Shown one piece after another: positions 1 through 13,995 of a stretch of DNA of 64,000 bases. The translations under genes and the position numbers were made by a program. The first letter of the stretch is position 1. Each line of letters starts with the position of its first letter. The notes beneath the pieces are model-generated. The model saw nothing but the letters and a program-made list of their open reading frames with translations, made no database searches and was not told the DNA's origin. The stretch spans positions 104,410,001-104,474,000 of the forward strand of contig NC_087436.1 of NCBI RefSeq assembly GCF_036321535.1, in the 5' to 3' direction. The DNA is from Camelus dromedarius. Lineage: Eukaryota.

Positions 1-189
1 TTTTCATTATAAAATGTTAGAATGAAAAAAGAAAAATGGCTGTAGAGGTTGAAATGTATAATTCAAACAGCATTTATCTGCCATAGTCTAAAAATGTGCT
101 GGTGAGATAGCAGTCTCTGCCAGAGCAACCATGTCAAAATTTTTGTTTTAGGTCTCAGGATGGCCTTCCAAAGCCCATTTGATGTAAGA

Positions 190-392
190 GTGTTTCTCAA
201 AGGGGTGCTTTTGATACTCTGCATGGACCAACTCTTTGTGGAATAGGAATTATCTTTGGCACTGCAGGACACTTAGACACTCAATGCAAACATTACTTCC
301 TCTGTCACTGTGACAGCAAAAAGAAAAATAACTCCAATATTTCCAAATGCCTCTGGGGGGGCAGTGAGGAACCAACTCTGGTTAAGAATTAC
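190..392. mobile_element. Degenerate MER20-family hAT DNA transposon fragment
   Basis: gtgtttctcaa...ctgcaggacacttag...tgtgacagc...tttccaaatgcctctggggggg...ggttaagaattact resembles the MER20/MER20B layout. Confidence 0.5.
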
Positions 393-608
393 TTCCCTAG
401 ACCAGGCACTGCCCATTTTGAGTTTAAAAAAAAAAAAAAAGACAATAAAGACAGCAATAATAATTGAATGTGATATTTTCAGAAGTGAGGGCCACAAAAA
501 TATTTGTGAAGAATGAATGGGCTACTGAAAAGCAATTTTTAATTTAAAAAATAGTTGAATTTGTCTTACTAATTCATGCTGAGAGTTGGGGATAAAAAAG
601 AAAACTCA

Positions 609-815
<207 letters not shown>

Positions 816-3800
816 TTAGTGGCACCAATACCCTGTTAGTTATGCACCTACCACTCAGAATGGCTATCACTAGGTTTGGTTAGACTTAAAGGCAGTAATT
901 CCACTGAAGAGCTTGATAAAACCAACTGTAAAAAGTACTGAAATTGATCTCTGAAAACAAAGTACAAAGTCTTCCTTATCAAGTATACCAAATACTAACA
1001 TTGTATTGTTTTGCCCATCAAAAAGACTTCTAAAAGATAGTCTTTTCTTGTTCTATATTGTTCTACAACTATTTCACAGAATTACCAGTGTTACAGCAGT
1101 ATTTTTTTTAAAATAAAATTCTACAGTTAAAAAAAATCCACAATTGTCTTTCTGCAAATAAAAAACAGAAAGAAGGCTATCAGAATTCAATCAAATTATG
1201 TGAAAGATTTTACCACTGGTCCTTCTCAAAATAGTACATACAATTTTTTTATATATAGCCGAACACTAAAGTAACCACTGTATGTCTGAAGAAAGCAATG
1301 TTAGACTAACTGGATGATTACACTTTAAAGAACTATTTTTTTTTAAATGGCCAACTTTGCTGAATGGGATAATTCATATTGTTTCACCAAAAGAACAGAA
1401 TTTAAAGGCACTAGAGAAAATAAATACAGTAAGGTATTACATCAGTTTACCAGAAAATAAATTCTGGTAACTGAGAAGACAGTATTAAAGAGTAACAGCA
1501 CTTGCAAAACAATTAAGATACTCTGAAATGCTGCTATTTCAACTATATATGACAATTCTAAAATCTTTTCTATTCCCCTGATCTCTGTGAATTAGGGAAG
1601 AGACTAAATTATTGATCTCCGTTTCCAGATTGCGTAAGTAATGCTCAAACACAGCTTAAACATTTAAAGTACCTGAATTACATTTAAAAAAAAAATCAAT
1701 GCTATACTTTAAAATTAGGCTGAACAAATTTCTTTTACTACCTCTGCTGTGTGTTCCTTTTAAAAAGTAGGGCAAATGCCACTCATTCAGAAAATAGCTA
1801 ATGTGTGGAGGTTTTTGAGTCTTTAAAATATTACTCACAGCCAATTTTAGTAACAGAACAAAAATAGTGCCATAGTTTATTTAATTTCTTAACAGCAAAG
1901 TTATATAAGAAAATCTAGGTGCCATCTTGAATATTTTACACTTGATTAAGTTTTTATAAATTCAAAAGCTTTGAGAGGCTTTGTTCGGCAGAAAACAAAG
2001 TTACGATAAAGCTAATAATAGTAAAATAAGAAAAATAAAAAAAAAACAGCACTTTGCACTCACACAACTCCTTTCACTCAGGGACCTCCAAGTGCTCAGG
2101 GATGCTGAGTCATCAGTCCGCTATACTTTAAAAAGCACTGAGGGTCAAATAAAGCCTAAATTATGGGACTGTTCTGCAACATAAGACAAAGTCTAGGAAA
2201 ATGGGTATTGATACACTAAAGCAGACAGTTGCAAATGAAATTTGTATCTAAATGATGGCAATTACATTCTAAAGGCATAACAAAAATAATGAGATCACTT
2301 AATTTGAGTGTTAACATCAAGGGATATGATCTATATCAGAAAAGAGAAAATACTGAAATGTAGCATAAATTAGAAGATAGACGGGCAAACAGGAAAGGAG
2401 AAAAGAGCAGAGAAGATTAGATGGTAATACCTACACTCAAAGGACTTGATTTCGTTTGGAAAAAAGCAGATATACGTATACCTCCTTGGAAGGAAAGGAA
2501 ATACATCCCTAATCACAAAAGTAAGTATTTCAAATCTAAATCCTGAGATAGCTTTATTAGCTTATATTTTAAAAGACTGTAAGACCACTAACCACAAACT
2601 ACTCAAATTTCATAAGAGAAAACCGGGGAAAGTCACTGACTCAAGAGAAGTATTACGACTTTAAGAAAATAAGTAAATAAAAACTGAAGTTACATAGGCT
2701 TCATCATACCAAAGGCTAAATTAGATAACAAAATTCTAGAACATGGCATATAATAAATTTTTCTATAAGACAAAGAACAGTTTAACTTAAAAATTTTGAA
2801 GCTCTTCAGGCAAGAAAACGTTTGCCCTGAAATGAAAAAGAAATACTAGGTATAATGCTACAAAGATATTATAGAAATATTTGAATTTTAGAATTTGAAT
2901 TATAGAAACAAAATAATGCTAGCAAAAGAAGTGTAGGGGATATAATTTTTAAAAATAAAAATACAAGTGTGCTTATTAGATAAATAATTCATGTTGCAGA
3001 GCAAACTATGCAAGACATAAAACTGAGGAAACGACTATTTAAGAAATTAAAAACATCAGATCCAAAATATTATCAACATATAGTCAAATATCATGACAAT
3101 AAAAATAGGGGCTACATATACTAGAACTCTGCCATAATGAATATTAAAGTAAGCACAAATACCAAATAATGCAAAATAAATATTCCTCCCTTTTCTATAA
3201 TGACTAATTAATTCAATGAACAGACTTGAAGGAAAATATTACCTTAAATGAGTGGAGGTTGAGACAGGAGTCAAAGTACCTCTTTCTGAGGTTCAGCATC
3301 CATCCCACCACTTGGTCCATCCTTGCCTACCTGGATCCAAACTTACCTCGTTTTTGTACCTTTATGCTCCAAGCATGTTTATGTTGTTCTTTGTGCCCAG
3401 AATGCCTCCTCCTGACTCTCAACAAGTCTTACTCTATACAGACTTCTCTAATAGGATTTTTGATTAAAACTAAATAGTAACATATAATTTTGGCTTATAG
3501 ACACTCTACCAGCCTATAAACGAGGTGTTTCAAGTACTAGTTAATGCTCAAGCTCTCAGGTTTTCATTTTCTCTTCTGCAAATTTCTAGGGCTTGGGGAA
3601 AGGATATAACAATAGAAGTTGAAGAAAGATGTGCTAGGCAATGATGCTGAGAAAGGCAAGTGGGGATGCTGTTTGGCATCGCCTCCCTTAAAACTGCTGG
3701 AAGCTGAAATCGGTCAAAGTGAGCACTGAAGGTCAATTAACACAGTTACATGCACATGTAGCTAGAGTCCCTGGCTTCTCACGACCTATCTGGTTATCAT

Positions 3801-5004
3801 TCACAGTTCCAAGTGTCTAGATGCACAGCTTGGAGACATGTAACTGAGACTTTCTATACAACGAAAAACAGATGAGATATGACCAAGGATTATTTGTTCA
3901 ACCCACTACTTAAATATATCTTTTACTTTGGCTCAAGGGTTATAATTCAGAAATATTTTATACTGCTCTATTTTAAGATGAAACAACTTTTATTGTAGGT
4001 TTTATCCCACACCTAATTTAAAATACATAGTTGACAAGCCTTACCGATGAAAATTATAAAGACACAAATGACATAAACATACTCAGATTTGAAGAGGTTG
4101 ATATTAAGTCTTCTTATTGTGCTTGCTATCTGTAAAGTGACTAAAATTGAATTTGAGAATACAGATCCCCTAGTTCACCACCCTCAACCTTGCCCTCGAA
4201 CTCCTATCCCTAGTGTCAACTATAACACAGCAAATACTAAGATATTCAACAAGACTTACTGAATAAGGATATAGCTTTTTATGCACTATTTTAAAAAACA
4301 TTCTTGTGGTCAGCTGGGATCAGAATTAAATATTTTTCAAATTTTAATATCAAGGGAAAACAAAGTAATAGTTAATGCTAAGTCAGTGAAGAACTATTTT
4401 TGAATACTAATGGTAGAGACTGAAATGACTGCTTTCTAATTTCATAATACACAATTACTAAAACTAATTCATAGATTTTATTCCCTAGCAAGTTAACCAA
4501 AGAAAATCCCTGTAAGTGAGTAAAGCTAATTATGGCTGTTCTTGTCTACACAGCATAGTTCTGCTCCACAGTGAAAGTAAGTAAAACATTTACGATCTTT
4601 ATATAACCCATTATACTTTGCTTCTAGTATAAGACTAAGATTAAAAGAGTGGAGTAAAACATTATTGAACTAGTATCCTCATTGGTGTTTGAATACCACG
4701 CCCCTGTCAGACGGATGAGCAATTAGCCTCCTAAATTTATGACTGGCACCCAACAGAAATCAGATTCACAGCCTGCTAAAACTGCTGGCAAGCTGAGGAC
4801 ACTTTCTGTGTGCCACCTTTATGCGTCAACAGCTCAAGCTCCATGAATCACGACTAGACTGAGAAGTTTAATTCTGGTTCTGATTTATATATTCAAAAAG
4901 TGCTGCCAAAAGCCATAAAAGAAAAAAAAATCAACACACAAAAACAAATAAGGAAACTATATTCCGGTACCATAGAACTTTTATGGGGAACCAGCATAGT
5001 ATTA

Positions 5005-5250
<246 letters not shown>

Positions 5251-6754
5251 TCATATTCAACTACACAAAGTTAGCTCCTAAACATTTTGGTGAGGCTTTT
5301 TGTAATGCAAATAATTATATAACTGAAATTACACACTCAGTTCACCTAGATATTTTTTAGAGCAGAGAATATCCCTTTAAATTTTTGCACAGCTGAGTTT
5401 TGGACTACTGCAGTTCAACAAATTCAGCGTACTCTAACATATTACAAAACATGGCATGCCACCCCAGAATCTGCAATTACTGATTAAGGTCTACTAGAAA
5501 TGAGGTATTATTAATTAATGACATTCTTGGTATAGATATTACACTTAACTTTATTTGGTAATTAACCTGGAAAATGGAATTAGAGCAATGGCCCAAAGTA
5601 CAAACTTTCAAAATATTAATACAACTAGGTAAAAAATTAAAAACAAAATGAATCACTGGATTACTATGTCTTCTATATCTTACATCCTGCTGCATAAGGA
5701 TGACTGCATGCATGTGGATGATGGACAGAAAAATACACTATATCCTTTCAACTCACAGACAACTAGCAGATTTGTTTTGCTAGCTGCCAAAACCAACTCA
5801 CAAATTCTTCCCACCTAGATTAACTTCTGTATAATATTCTCTTAGCAATTATAAAATTATCTATTTCAAAGCATAGCTCAAGGCCCATACTTTACATAGT
5901 CTGGACCACCAATCCAGACCTTACGTAGGGTATAATTCTTTTGTTCAATCACACACACTGACTTATACATACTTTAAAACATTTACACCATGTCTCATCA
6001 AGGGGCCTGAAAACTCAAATACCTACTCAAATAGCTGCCAAGTAAACTCAAATAGTAGCCAGGTAAGTAACATAAATGGGTGGGCCAGGTGTACAATAAG
6101 TAAGTAGGAATTTAACCCAAAGAAGTAGGTTCCCTACTTGCTTTCTTGAAACACAATAGCCCTCATGGTAAGTCCCATTTTTTTGTATAGTTATGAGCAT
6201 AGAAAATATTTTCTTAATTCTTTTAAACCCACCGTAAGGAAGAAAAAAAAGAGCTTAACTGCAACGATGAACAGCCACTGGTGTGTGACTCTCGTGACAA
6301 GGAAACAATAGGGAATCAAAGCAGCGAGGATACGCGCGCTGCTTGCTTGTGGCTGAACTATGGGCACGGGGGCCCAGTGATGGTCACATCCTCCAACAGT
6401 TCTGATAGATGCTTGAAGTCAAATTTTATATGAAATTCCTAATTTTAAAATCTGGCAAAAATTTACACTTTTTACCACTTTTTAGGCCAACAATGTGCAG
6501 ACTTAAAAAAAAAAAAGAACTGTATTCACGCGTATGTCTATATATACACACACAGACACCATCAAGCTGACTGAGCTCTCAGGCCATCCTACGGGAAGGT
6601 GTGTCTCCTTGTTTGCTCTCCCCTCAGTACCTACCACAGTACTGGTTGAACTGAGTCAAAATATATGATAGCACCTACTTTCTACTCAACTCTCCAAAAG
6701 ACGACGTTAGAGGTAATTTATATATAATTTATAAGAAGTGAGCTGGGTTTATTT

Positions 6755-7240
6755 AATATTCATTAATTCACCAAAAACTTCTTTACATCCCTAATCTGTA
6801 CCAGGCACTGGAAATATACTAGTTAAAACAAACAAACAAAAAATTCTTGTCCTGATGGAACTCACACTCTAATAAGAAAGACAATTTAAAAAAGGTAAAT
6901 GACTAAAATAACATATATACTCTGTCAGCTGATGGTCTAAATACTGAGGGAAAAAAATAAAGCAGGGAAAGGGTACTTAAAATGTAGAAGACTTGGGTGG
7001 CCAGGGAAAGCTTCTTTAAGAAGGTGACCTTGAGTCACAACATACAGCCATGGGTATCTATGGTAAGAGCACTGCAGAAGAGGGAACAGCACGTGCAAAG
7101 GTTCTAATGCAGGAAGGACCACAACGGACAGTGGGTAAACAACAGACCAGTGTGGCTGGAGCAGAGAGGAGGAGGAGAGCAAGAGGAGATGAGGCCAGAG
7201 TAATGGGGAAGGAGACCAAGTAGGCTGGAGGGGTCAAGCT
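6755..7240 (-). mobile_element. L2 LINE 3' fragment
   Basis: attcattaattca...ccaggcactgg...ctgatggaactcacactcta...gcacgtgcaaaggttcta...ccagtgtggctggagcaga, typical reverse-complemented L2 3' end. Confidence 0.7.
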
Positions 7241-8180
7241 AAGTGAGGAGGGAAAACTTCTGGGGTCTTCTCCTCTTTATCTGAACTAACAGAAAGGAAT
7301 TGGAGCCACTTTTGTGCCTGCATACTGTCATTGTGGCCGTGGACACAGAGGTCACAGGCGAGGCAGTGGGCTCAGCTCCAGGTCACTCCAAGTGTGGAGG
7401 GATGCCTGGACTAGCTGGGTTGGTTCTGGAGCTGGCTCAGTTCAAGCCTACAACAGGGATCTTGCTGGCCTCTGATGCTGGGAATCACCCAATGCTTACC
7501 ATGGCCAGACTCAAATACCTAGCTGGCATACTATCAGGAAGTTGAGAAGGCATCAATTTTGGAAACCTGTTTCCTATTGGCATTTTATTGAACAGTGACA
7601 GGTATTAAGACTCCTTTAGTAGGCTGGTATACTAGTTATAAAACTCAAAGAGCTGTGCTTTAGTATAATGTACCAAATATAGTAATCAAATCAACAGGTT
7701 ATCACAAAAGGTACTTGTATTTCACATCCAAAAAATATAGAGGACTGAAACTGTAAAAAGCTCAGGTGCTCCTGGTTTTCTCAAGGGCACTGTGAAAAAA
7801 TGGCCTCAAACCAACAGGGCACAAAATCAGACAGGTTGACAAGAAATTCTTTATCACTTAAAACATTGACCAAAATTCTATACTGAAAGTGCTTTCCAAT
7901 CATGTAATAAACCTAAGAAAAATGAGGACTCTGCAACTGCCTCTGAACTAGCTTTATTCTTCTATCAATTGTACAACCACTCAGGAAAAGCTGTGATGCA
8001 CGGGAGCACCAAATCCAATATAAGCATTCATATTATTTCCACCACAATGACAAGATCATATTTTAAATATTCCAACATTGCCACTCCCTAAAAGTTAGTT
8101 GATGAATCAAATCTTTTATTCCAGAGACTTTAGTAGTAATATAATAATCAAATAAAAGATGAGCACCTATACAAAAAAAT

Positions 8181-8306
8181 GGGGGCAGGGTATAGCTCAG
8201 TGGTAGAGCACATGCCTAGCAAGCACGAGGTCCGGAGTTCGATCCCCAGTACCTCTATTACAAAATAAATAAATAAATAAAATATAATTACTTCCCCCTC
8301 ACCCCC
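8181..8306 (+). mobile_element. tRNA-Ala-derived SINE (camelid vic-1-like)
   Basis: gggtatagctcagtggtagagcacatgcctagcaagcacgaggtccggagttcgatccccagtacctc, with A and B boxes, then (aaat)n and a C-rich tail. Confidence 0.85.
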
Positions 8307-8411
8307 ATAGAAGTATACAGTGCTGTATGTCAATTATATCTCAATAAAAACTGGAAGAAAAAGTATGATTTTTTAAAAATACAGACAAAAGAAAGGAAAT
8401 TAAAGAGAGTA

Positions 8412-8580
8412 GGGGGTGGGGAGGGTATAGCTCAAGTGGTAGAATGTATGCTTAGCATGCCCAGGTCCTGGGTTCAATCCCCAGTATCTTCTCTAAAATT
8501 AAATAAGCCTAATTACCTCCACCCCCTTCCAAAATAAACTAATTAAACAATACAGTAATAAATAAATAAAATACAAAACA
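8412..8580 (+). mobile_element. tRNA-Ala-derived SINE (camelid vic-1-like)
   Basis: gggagggtatagctcaagtggtagaatgtatgcttagcatgcccaggtcctgggttcaatccccagta, then aaataagcctaattacctcc and an A-rich tail. Confidence 0.85.
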
Positions 8581-10029
8581 AAGCTGAAAAAAATAGAGTG
8601 GGGATAAGAAAAAATGCCACTCAATTAACACAAGAAAAATTAGAATACACCTTTATAATGGGATACGAATTGATGCTTTTCTGAATTTGGACAGTTGGCC
8701 AGTTTGCACCACTCAGTGAAAAGTCTGACCAATAAGTGGCTAGCTTCCAGCTTAACAGCTGCTATCAAAGAATATTTTATGAAACAATGTGTCTTTATTT
8801 TCTAATGTTTCCCAGTAGCTACCTCTAAGCAATTATGACAAACAATGCTTTTGTCTGCCACTTGGCGGTGATATGCACACATTTATGATTTTATTCATTT
8901 CCTAGTTCAAACAATCAGTCTTTTCAGAGAATGATTCAACAACTTTTTCCTCAGATTCTGAGATGAGGTCTGGAAAATACCTTACAGATTCAAAGGAGCC
9001 TTTTTATTCAGCCCAATATATAAGGTTAGACAAAATCCAAACACTTCATCATTTACATTATCTGACTATCTTGGCAGAATCACTGCCCTTTGATGATTAT
9101 TCATACTTCCCCTGACACAAAGTTGAAGGAATGTTAGTATGTCAAATGGCATTTCCATCTCTTCAATGGAAATTTTCCTCCAGACAAAATAATTTTGTAA
9201 AATTTATTTTCCAATATAGAAAGACCTTCTTTAATAAAACAGCAAAACTAACCACTAACATAAATGGGATACCGGATGTGTTATGCAAACAAATACTCAT
9301 TATTAGGCAAAAAAGCGGATACTGAGAACAATTTAATATTTTAGGATAAAACTTCCTGACCAAATATTTCTAGCATCATTCACTGGAATTATTTTGTATG
9401 CCAAGAGGACTGTGGTCATGTCCCCACGTTACCTCATGCCTAATGCCTTAGCAGCTTTTCAGAAAGGCCTGAATCTGATCAACAAGAAAGAAATCAGATC
9501 TTCCTCTTTCCACTGCACTCCACCGATGAGTAAGGGACAAGACCTCTTCCAGGAAGAAAATAAGTCTTGCCAATCATCCAGGAGGCTGGACTGTGCTAGC
9601 AGTCTCTCACTACTAATACTGTTTTAAAAATCAAATACTTTTAAGAAGTTTCTACCCTTATTGTACCATCAATGCATGTCTTTTCTGGAAATTTTAATAA
9701 TACAAATAAGTTAAAATATAGGCAAGTAGTTACTCTGGCTTTTTCATCATTTTTTCTTCACTCTTGGGAGTCTCGAAGCTTAGATTCTTTGAGCTTTCTT
9801 TAACTGGGGTTTTAGACTGACCAGACTATTGCCAAATAACAGAAAGAAACTGAAAACAGAGGCAACCATAATAAAAGATAACCATTAAATCACCCACTTT
9901 AACTTGGATAAGCCACTATAGCTTTGTATTTTTAATAATGATTAACAAACTGGAATCTTATCTGGACTTAGGTGTAATTTTGAGTAGCTCTCCCCCTTCT
10001 GTTATCCCCACTGAGCCTCAGCTATTCAC

Positions 10030-10770
10030 TGTAGTATTAACTTAGACAGGAGGGAAGGGGGCAGGGCACAACCATTAAAGAATGACACAGCAACTGCGGA
10101 CAGGACATAAATTGGTTAGAACCAAGACGGTGGGAGAGTCAACCCCCAGTAGACCTTGAGGCCCAAGATGGCAGAAGATTCGACTTCCAGTAAACCTTGA
10201 GCTTCATTATGCACCCATTGTATTATACCAGCATGGGAAACGGCATACCCACAGGTGCCATGACATTTCCAAGGCTAACCATTCAGGCCAAAAAGTGGGT
10301 GGTGGCCCAATTCCTGGGAATCCCCACCCCTTCCCCAAAGCAGCTGGAATAATTCTCCCACTTGCTAGCATATGAAGTTACTGAGCCCTAGCCACCTCCA
10401 CACCTCATGGCCAATCCCACTTTCCTAGGCTGACCCCATGCTCTAAGGCTGCCTCTCGCCTCATGAGATGGCACGAATTCTGTCCATGGAATGTGTGTCT
10501 CCTAAGCTGCTCTCCCTTCTGAGTGAGACAGGCCACATTCTATGGAACGTGTGTCTACTAGGACCTCTCGTGCTCTCACCCTTGGAGACAGCCCACACTG
10601 TCTATGGAGTATTTATCTGCCTGAATAAATCTACTTTCACTCTACTATGGCTCACTCTTAAATTCTTTCCTGCGCGAAGCCAAGGACCCTCAATTGATAG
10701 GGCACGTCCCCAGGAACTCGCCTGGGACCTGGGACATGGCCATCCTCTCCCGTCCCATTTTCCTGCAACA
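10030..10770 (+). mobile_element. Solo LTR of an endogenous retrovirus (ERV1-like)
   Basis: GC-richer block beginning TG(tagtatt) and ending (cctgcaa)CA; AATAAA at 10624-10629 followed by an ERV1-type U5 motif (aattctttcctgcgcgaagccaaggaccct); internal tandem sub-repeats; TSD not resolved, so left edge uncertain. Confidence 0.8.
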
Positions 10771-12776
10771 AAATGACATAGTGACTTTTAAAATTCCTAG
10801 CAAGGAGTTTTTTGCATAGTACTTGGAACCTAATGGGTTGTTAGAAATGAAGAATAAATGAGTTAATAAATGAATCCAATTGTATGAAAATGGATCTTAA
10901 AAAATCCAGAGGGGAAAAAAGCAACACTGCCACTTGGCAGCTATACAATGAACATCTGTTTAGTCATAGTTCCATTAGATCCAGCCCAGGCTCACTCACT
11001 AATGGTAAAAGAGATAATCCAGGGCAAAGTTAAGATTACAAAGTTTGTGTTCTTTTGGCATCTTTAGGTTCTCTAGTTCTTCTCCATCCTTAAGCCATGC
11101 TGTAGATAATTAACACTCAAACACGACACGGAAGGCCATGAAAATTAGAGGAAAAAAACCCTGAAATTAAGAATTACAGACCCAGGAGTTCTAATCTTGC
11201 CTCCCTCAATTCCTAACTACAGTGAAACTGAGCATATTTAAAATCTCTGATTTTGTTTCCTCACTCACAGAATGGGGATTACAACATGCCTACTCTACAA
11301 GATTACTCTGAGGGCATCTCCAGAACAATGTCTAGCTCACGACTGATAAAGGCAAGCGATTTCTTCTTCAGATTCACTATGAAGTGCAGGGCTAGCCTTC
11401 TAGACTCATCTCAGGTAATGAGGGTACTGACTTGTTCTGTTTTGCTTAGGGGGAAAAAAAGACAATCTCCTAAATACACACAATTCCATTAATGGAAAAA
11501 ACAAAACAAAACAAACAGAAACAAACTCCTGAATTTCCAGTATCAACTTCATACAAAAAGGGACCTCTATCCTGATCTGGTTTCTATGTCCCAAACTGTA
11601 GATGCCAACTTCTTCCCATACTTAACTCTAAATATATGATTGTTTTATTAGTAAAGTAAGATAAAATAAGCAGAAACTTAGTAAACTTGAATAACTAAAA
11701 AGGAAAACTTGGTTTGAGTCCTAAATACTGTTTTCACCTGTTTATCCTCTTTGAGGATAAAATTATCTAGAAAGTTTCACGTTCTTTTCAGCTCAGATTT
11801 AGAGGTCTCTGAGGAAGATACTACTCAAATTTCTTCTAGCACATAAATCATTGAATATACTACATTTCCCTTCTCTTATGCATATGCTGAGATTTCCTTT
11901 ATTTCCCAAACTCTAAAATTCCATTCATTCCTTTCAACCCAACACCCAAGCCTGAGTTTCCATTCCTTCTCCCACTTCAGTTTTGGTCTTTCTAGCCAAT
12001 CCAAAAAATATCTTTCATCTTCCCCCATAAGCAACATTTGTCCACAAAATGCTTATCGCAAAAATGCTATCTGAAGACAAAGACGTGAGAAACTCAACAA
12101 GAAAATTCCAGGAACCAAGTGAGAAAACAAGTAACAAAAGCCCACAATTATACTCCAAAAAAGCTGAAACTTGAAAGATATTATGACAAATATTAAACAT
12201 ACACAGCCCTGTTATAACTGAATTTGACTAGTCTGATGTAGAGGTAATTTCTGTGGTGTCACATTCATGTGGAATGAGTACCAGCTCAGCCTTGCTGGTT
12301 TTCTTCATCTGAACAGGCACAGGGTCATGGTGGAGAAAGCTGGGAGGATTTTTCTTTACAATCACCCCATAATTCAATTTAGGGGGCTGTTTAGCCTTTT
12401 CCTTTTAAAATGGTACTTTGGGGTCACCTTTCTTTATAGAACTACATTTTCCACCAAAAGGAAAGCTACTTTTTGTATGAGCTAACATATCACAGAAATA
12501 CTTAGGGACCATCGTGCAGCCCAAAATAAAAATTATGGATTATTTCATTTTGTGAAATCAGAGATCCTGCCATAGGACCTTTACTAAATAAGCCACAATT
12601 TACTTTGTTCTGCCTCTTCAGTAGAGACAAATCCTCTAATTTTCATTTTGTACTTGCAAATTAAGCCAAGAATAGAAACCACAGTCTTACTTGCATAATA
12701 ATACATCGTTTGCAAATTCTTGTGATAGTTATTATTAGCTATTAATTAAATATCCACCAGAAAAACAATAATCTTA

Positions 12777-13004
<228 letters not shown>

Positions 13005-13829
13005 TCATAAACTAAATTTAAAGATGATACAATGGGGAAATAAATACTGCTCATCTTCAACTCTATACTTTGTTCTTTAAAAGAACTGTCCCTCACTCTT
13101 GGAATTTATGATGTAACTCAATTAAACCACAGTTACAACTTACAGAATAACTAGAATCACTGTGTACATTGTTACTTTGGCTTTAAACTGTTTATAAAAT
13201 TAATAACATACAATATTTTTGTATTTAATAATCTAATTTAATACCACCACCTCTTCCCTGCCCCTCTCAGCTATTAGAATGAGTGTTTTTCACTGAATAC
13301 AAAGCCAAAAGAAATCATTATGTCATCCAAATTTATTATTATATGTTCTTAAAACAACCTTCCATAAGGACTAAGGGCTATCATTTATATATAAACACAT
13401 AATTACCCTCAAAGATATTGTTAAACATATAAAATTTAATAAAAGCTAATACAAATTAGTGGAAAATTGAATTAAATTTTGGAAAAAAAATACATTACTT
13501 TAAATACAAAATACTCCAACTACCTATTTATTATGCAAATACTGTATAAGAAGTTCAGTGTCCTAAATATATTTATTCACCCAATTATTTTGCTAAGTAA
13601 TACAAGAGTATAAAGAACACAAGGTCTACATAGATTAAACTTTCACATTTCTGAATTAACTGCATTCCAATTCTTGAGATATTTTATACATTACAAAATC
13701 AAAGACAAAGTGCTTCAAAGACAATCATCAAGAAACCTCTTTTAATAAATTGAATGCTATTTTATTTATAGTATAAATAAAAGACAAATGTGTAAGGGGA
13801 TGGCTGTACAACAGGAGTTATTAAATGTG

Positions 13830-13995
13830 GCGAATTCTAGCTTTGTAGCAGCTAGAAACTAAGTGGCCTGGGGCAAATCGCTCAACCTCATCCAGCTTCA
13901 GTTTCAGTATCTGATAATAACAGTGATGCTGACATATACAGAGCGGTTGTGAGTGGGGATTAAGTGAGATAACCTGGATGACAGCGCTTATGTTT
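13830..13995 (+). mobile_element. MIR SINE fragment
   Basis: ggcctggggcaaatcgctcaacctc...cttcagtttcagtatctgataa...ggttgtgagtggggattaagtgagataa, MIR core; further MIR relics near 11180, 14410, 16200, 34480, 37680 and 59110. Confidence 0.7.

Noticed and set aside
1443..1473. Short hairpin cagtttaccagaa-aataaa-ttctggtaactg
   Set aside because: Too short for a pre-miRNA; the AATAAA loop is on the strand opposite RBPJ; plausible by chance.
8181..8256. tRNA-Ala(AGC)-like sequences here and at five other sites as tRNA genes
   Set aside because: Mutated stems, shared non-tRNA 3' tails, A-rich ends and in one case a perfect TSD identify them as SINEs.
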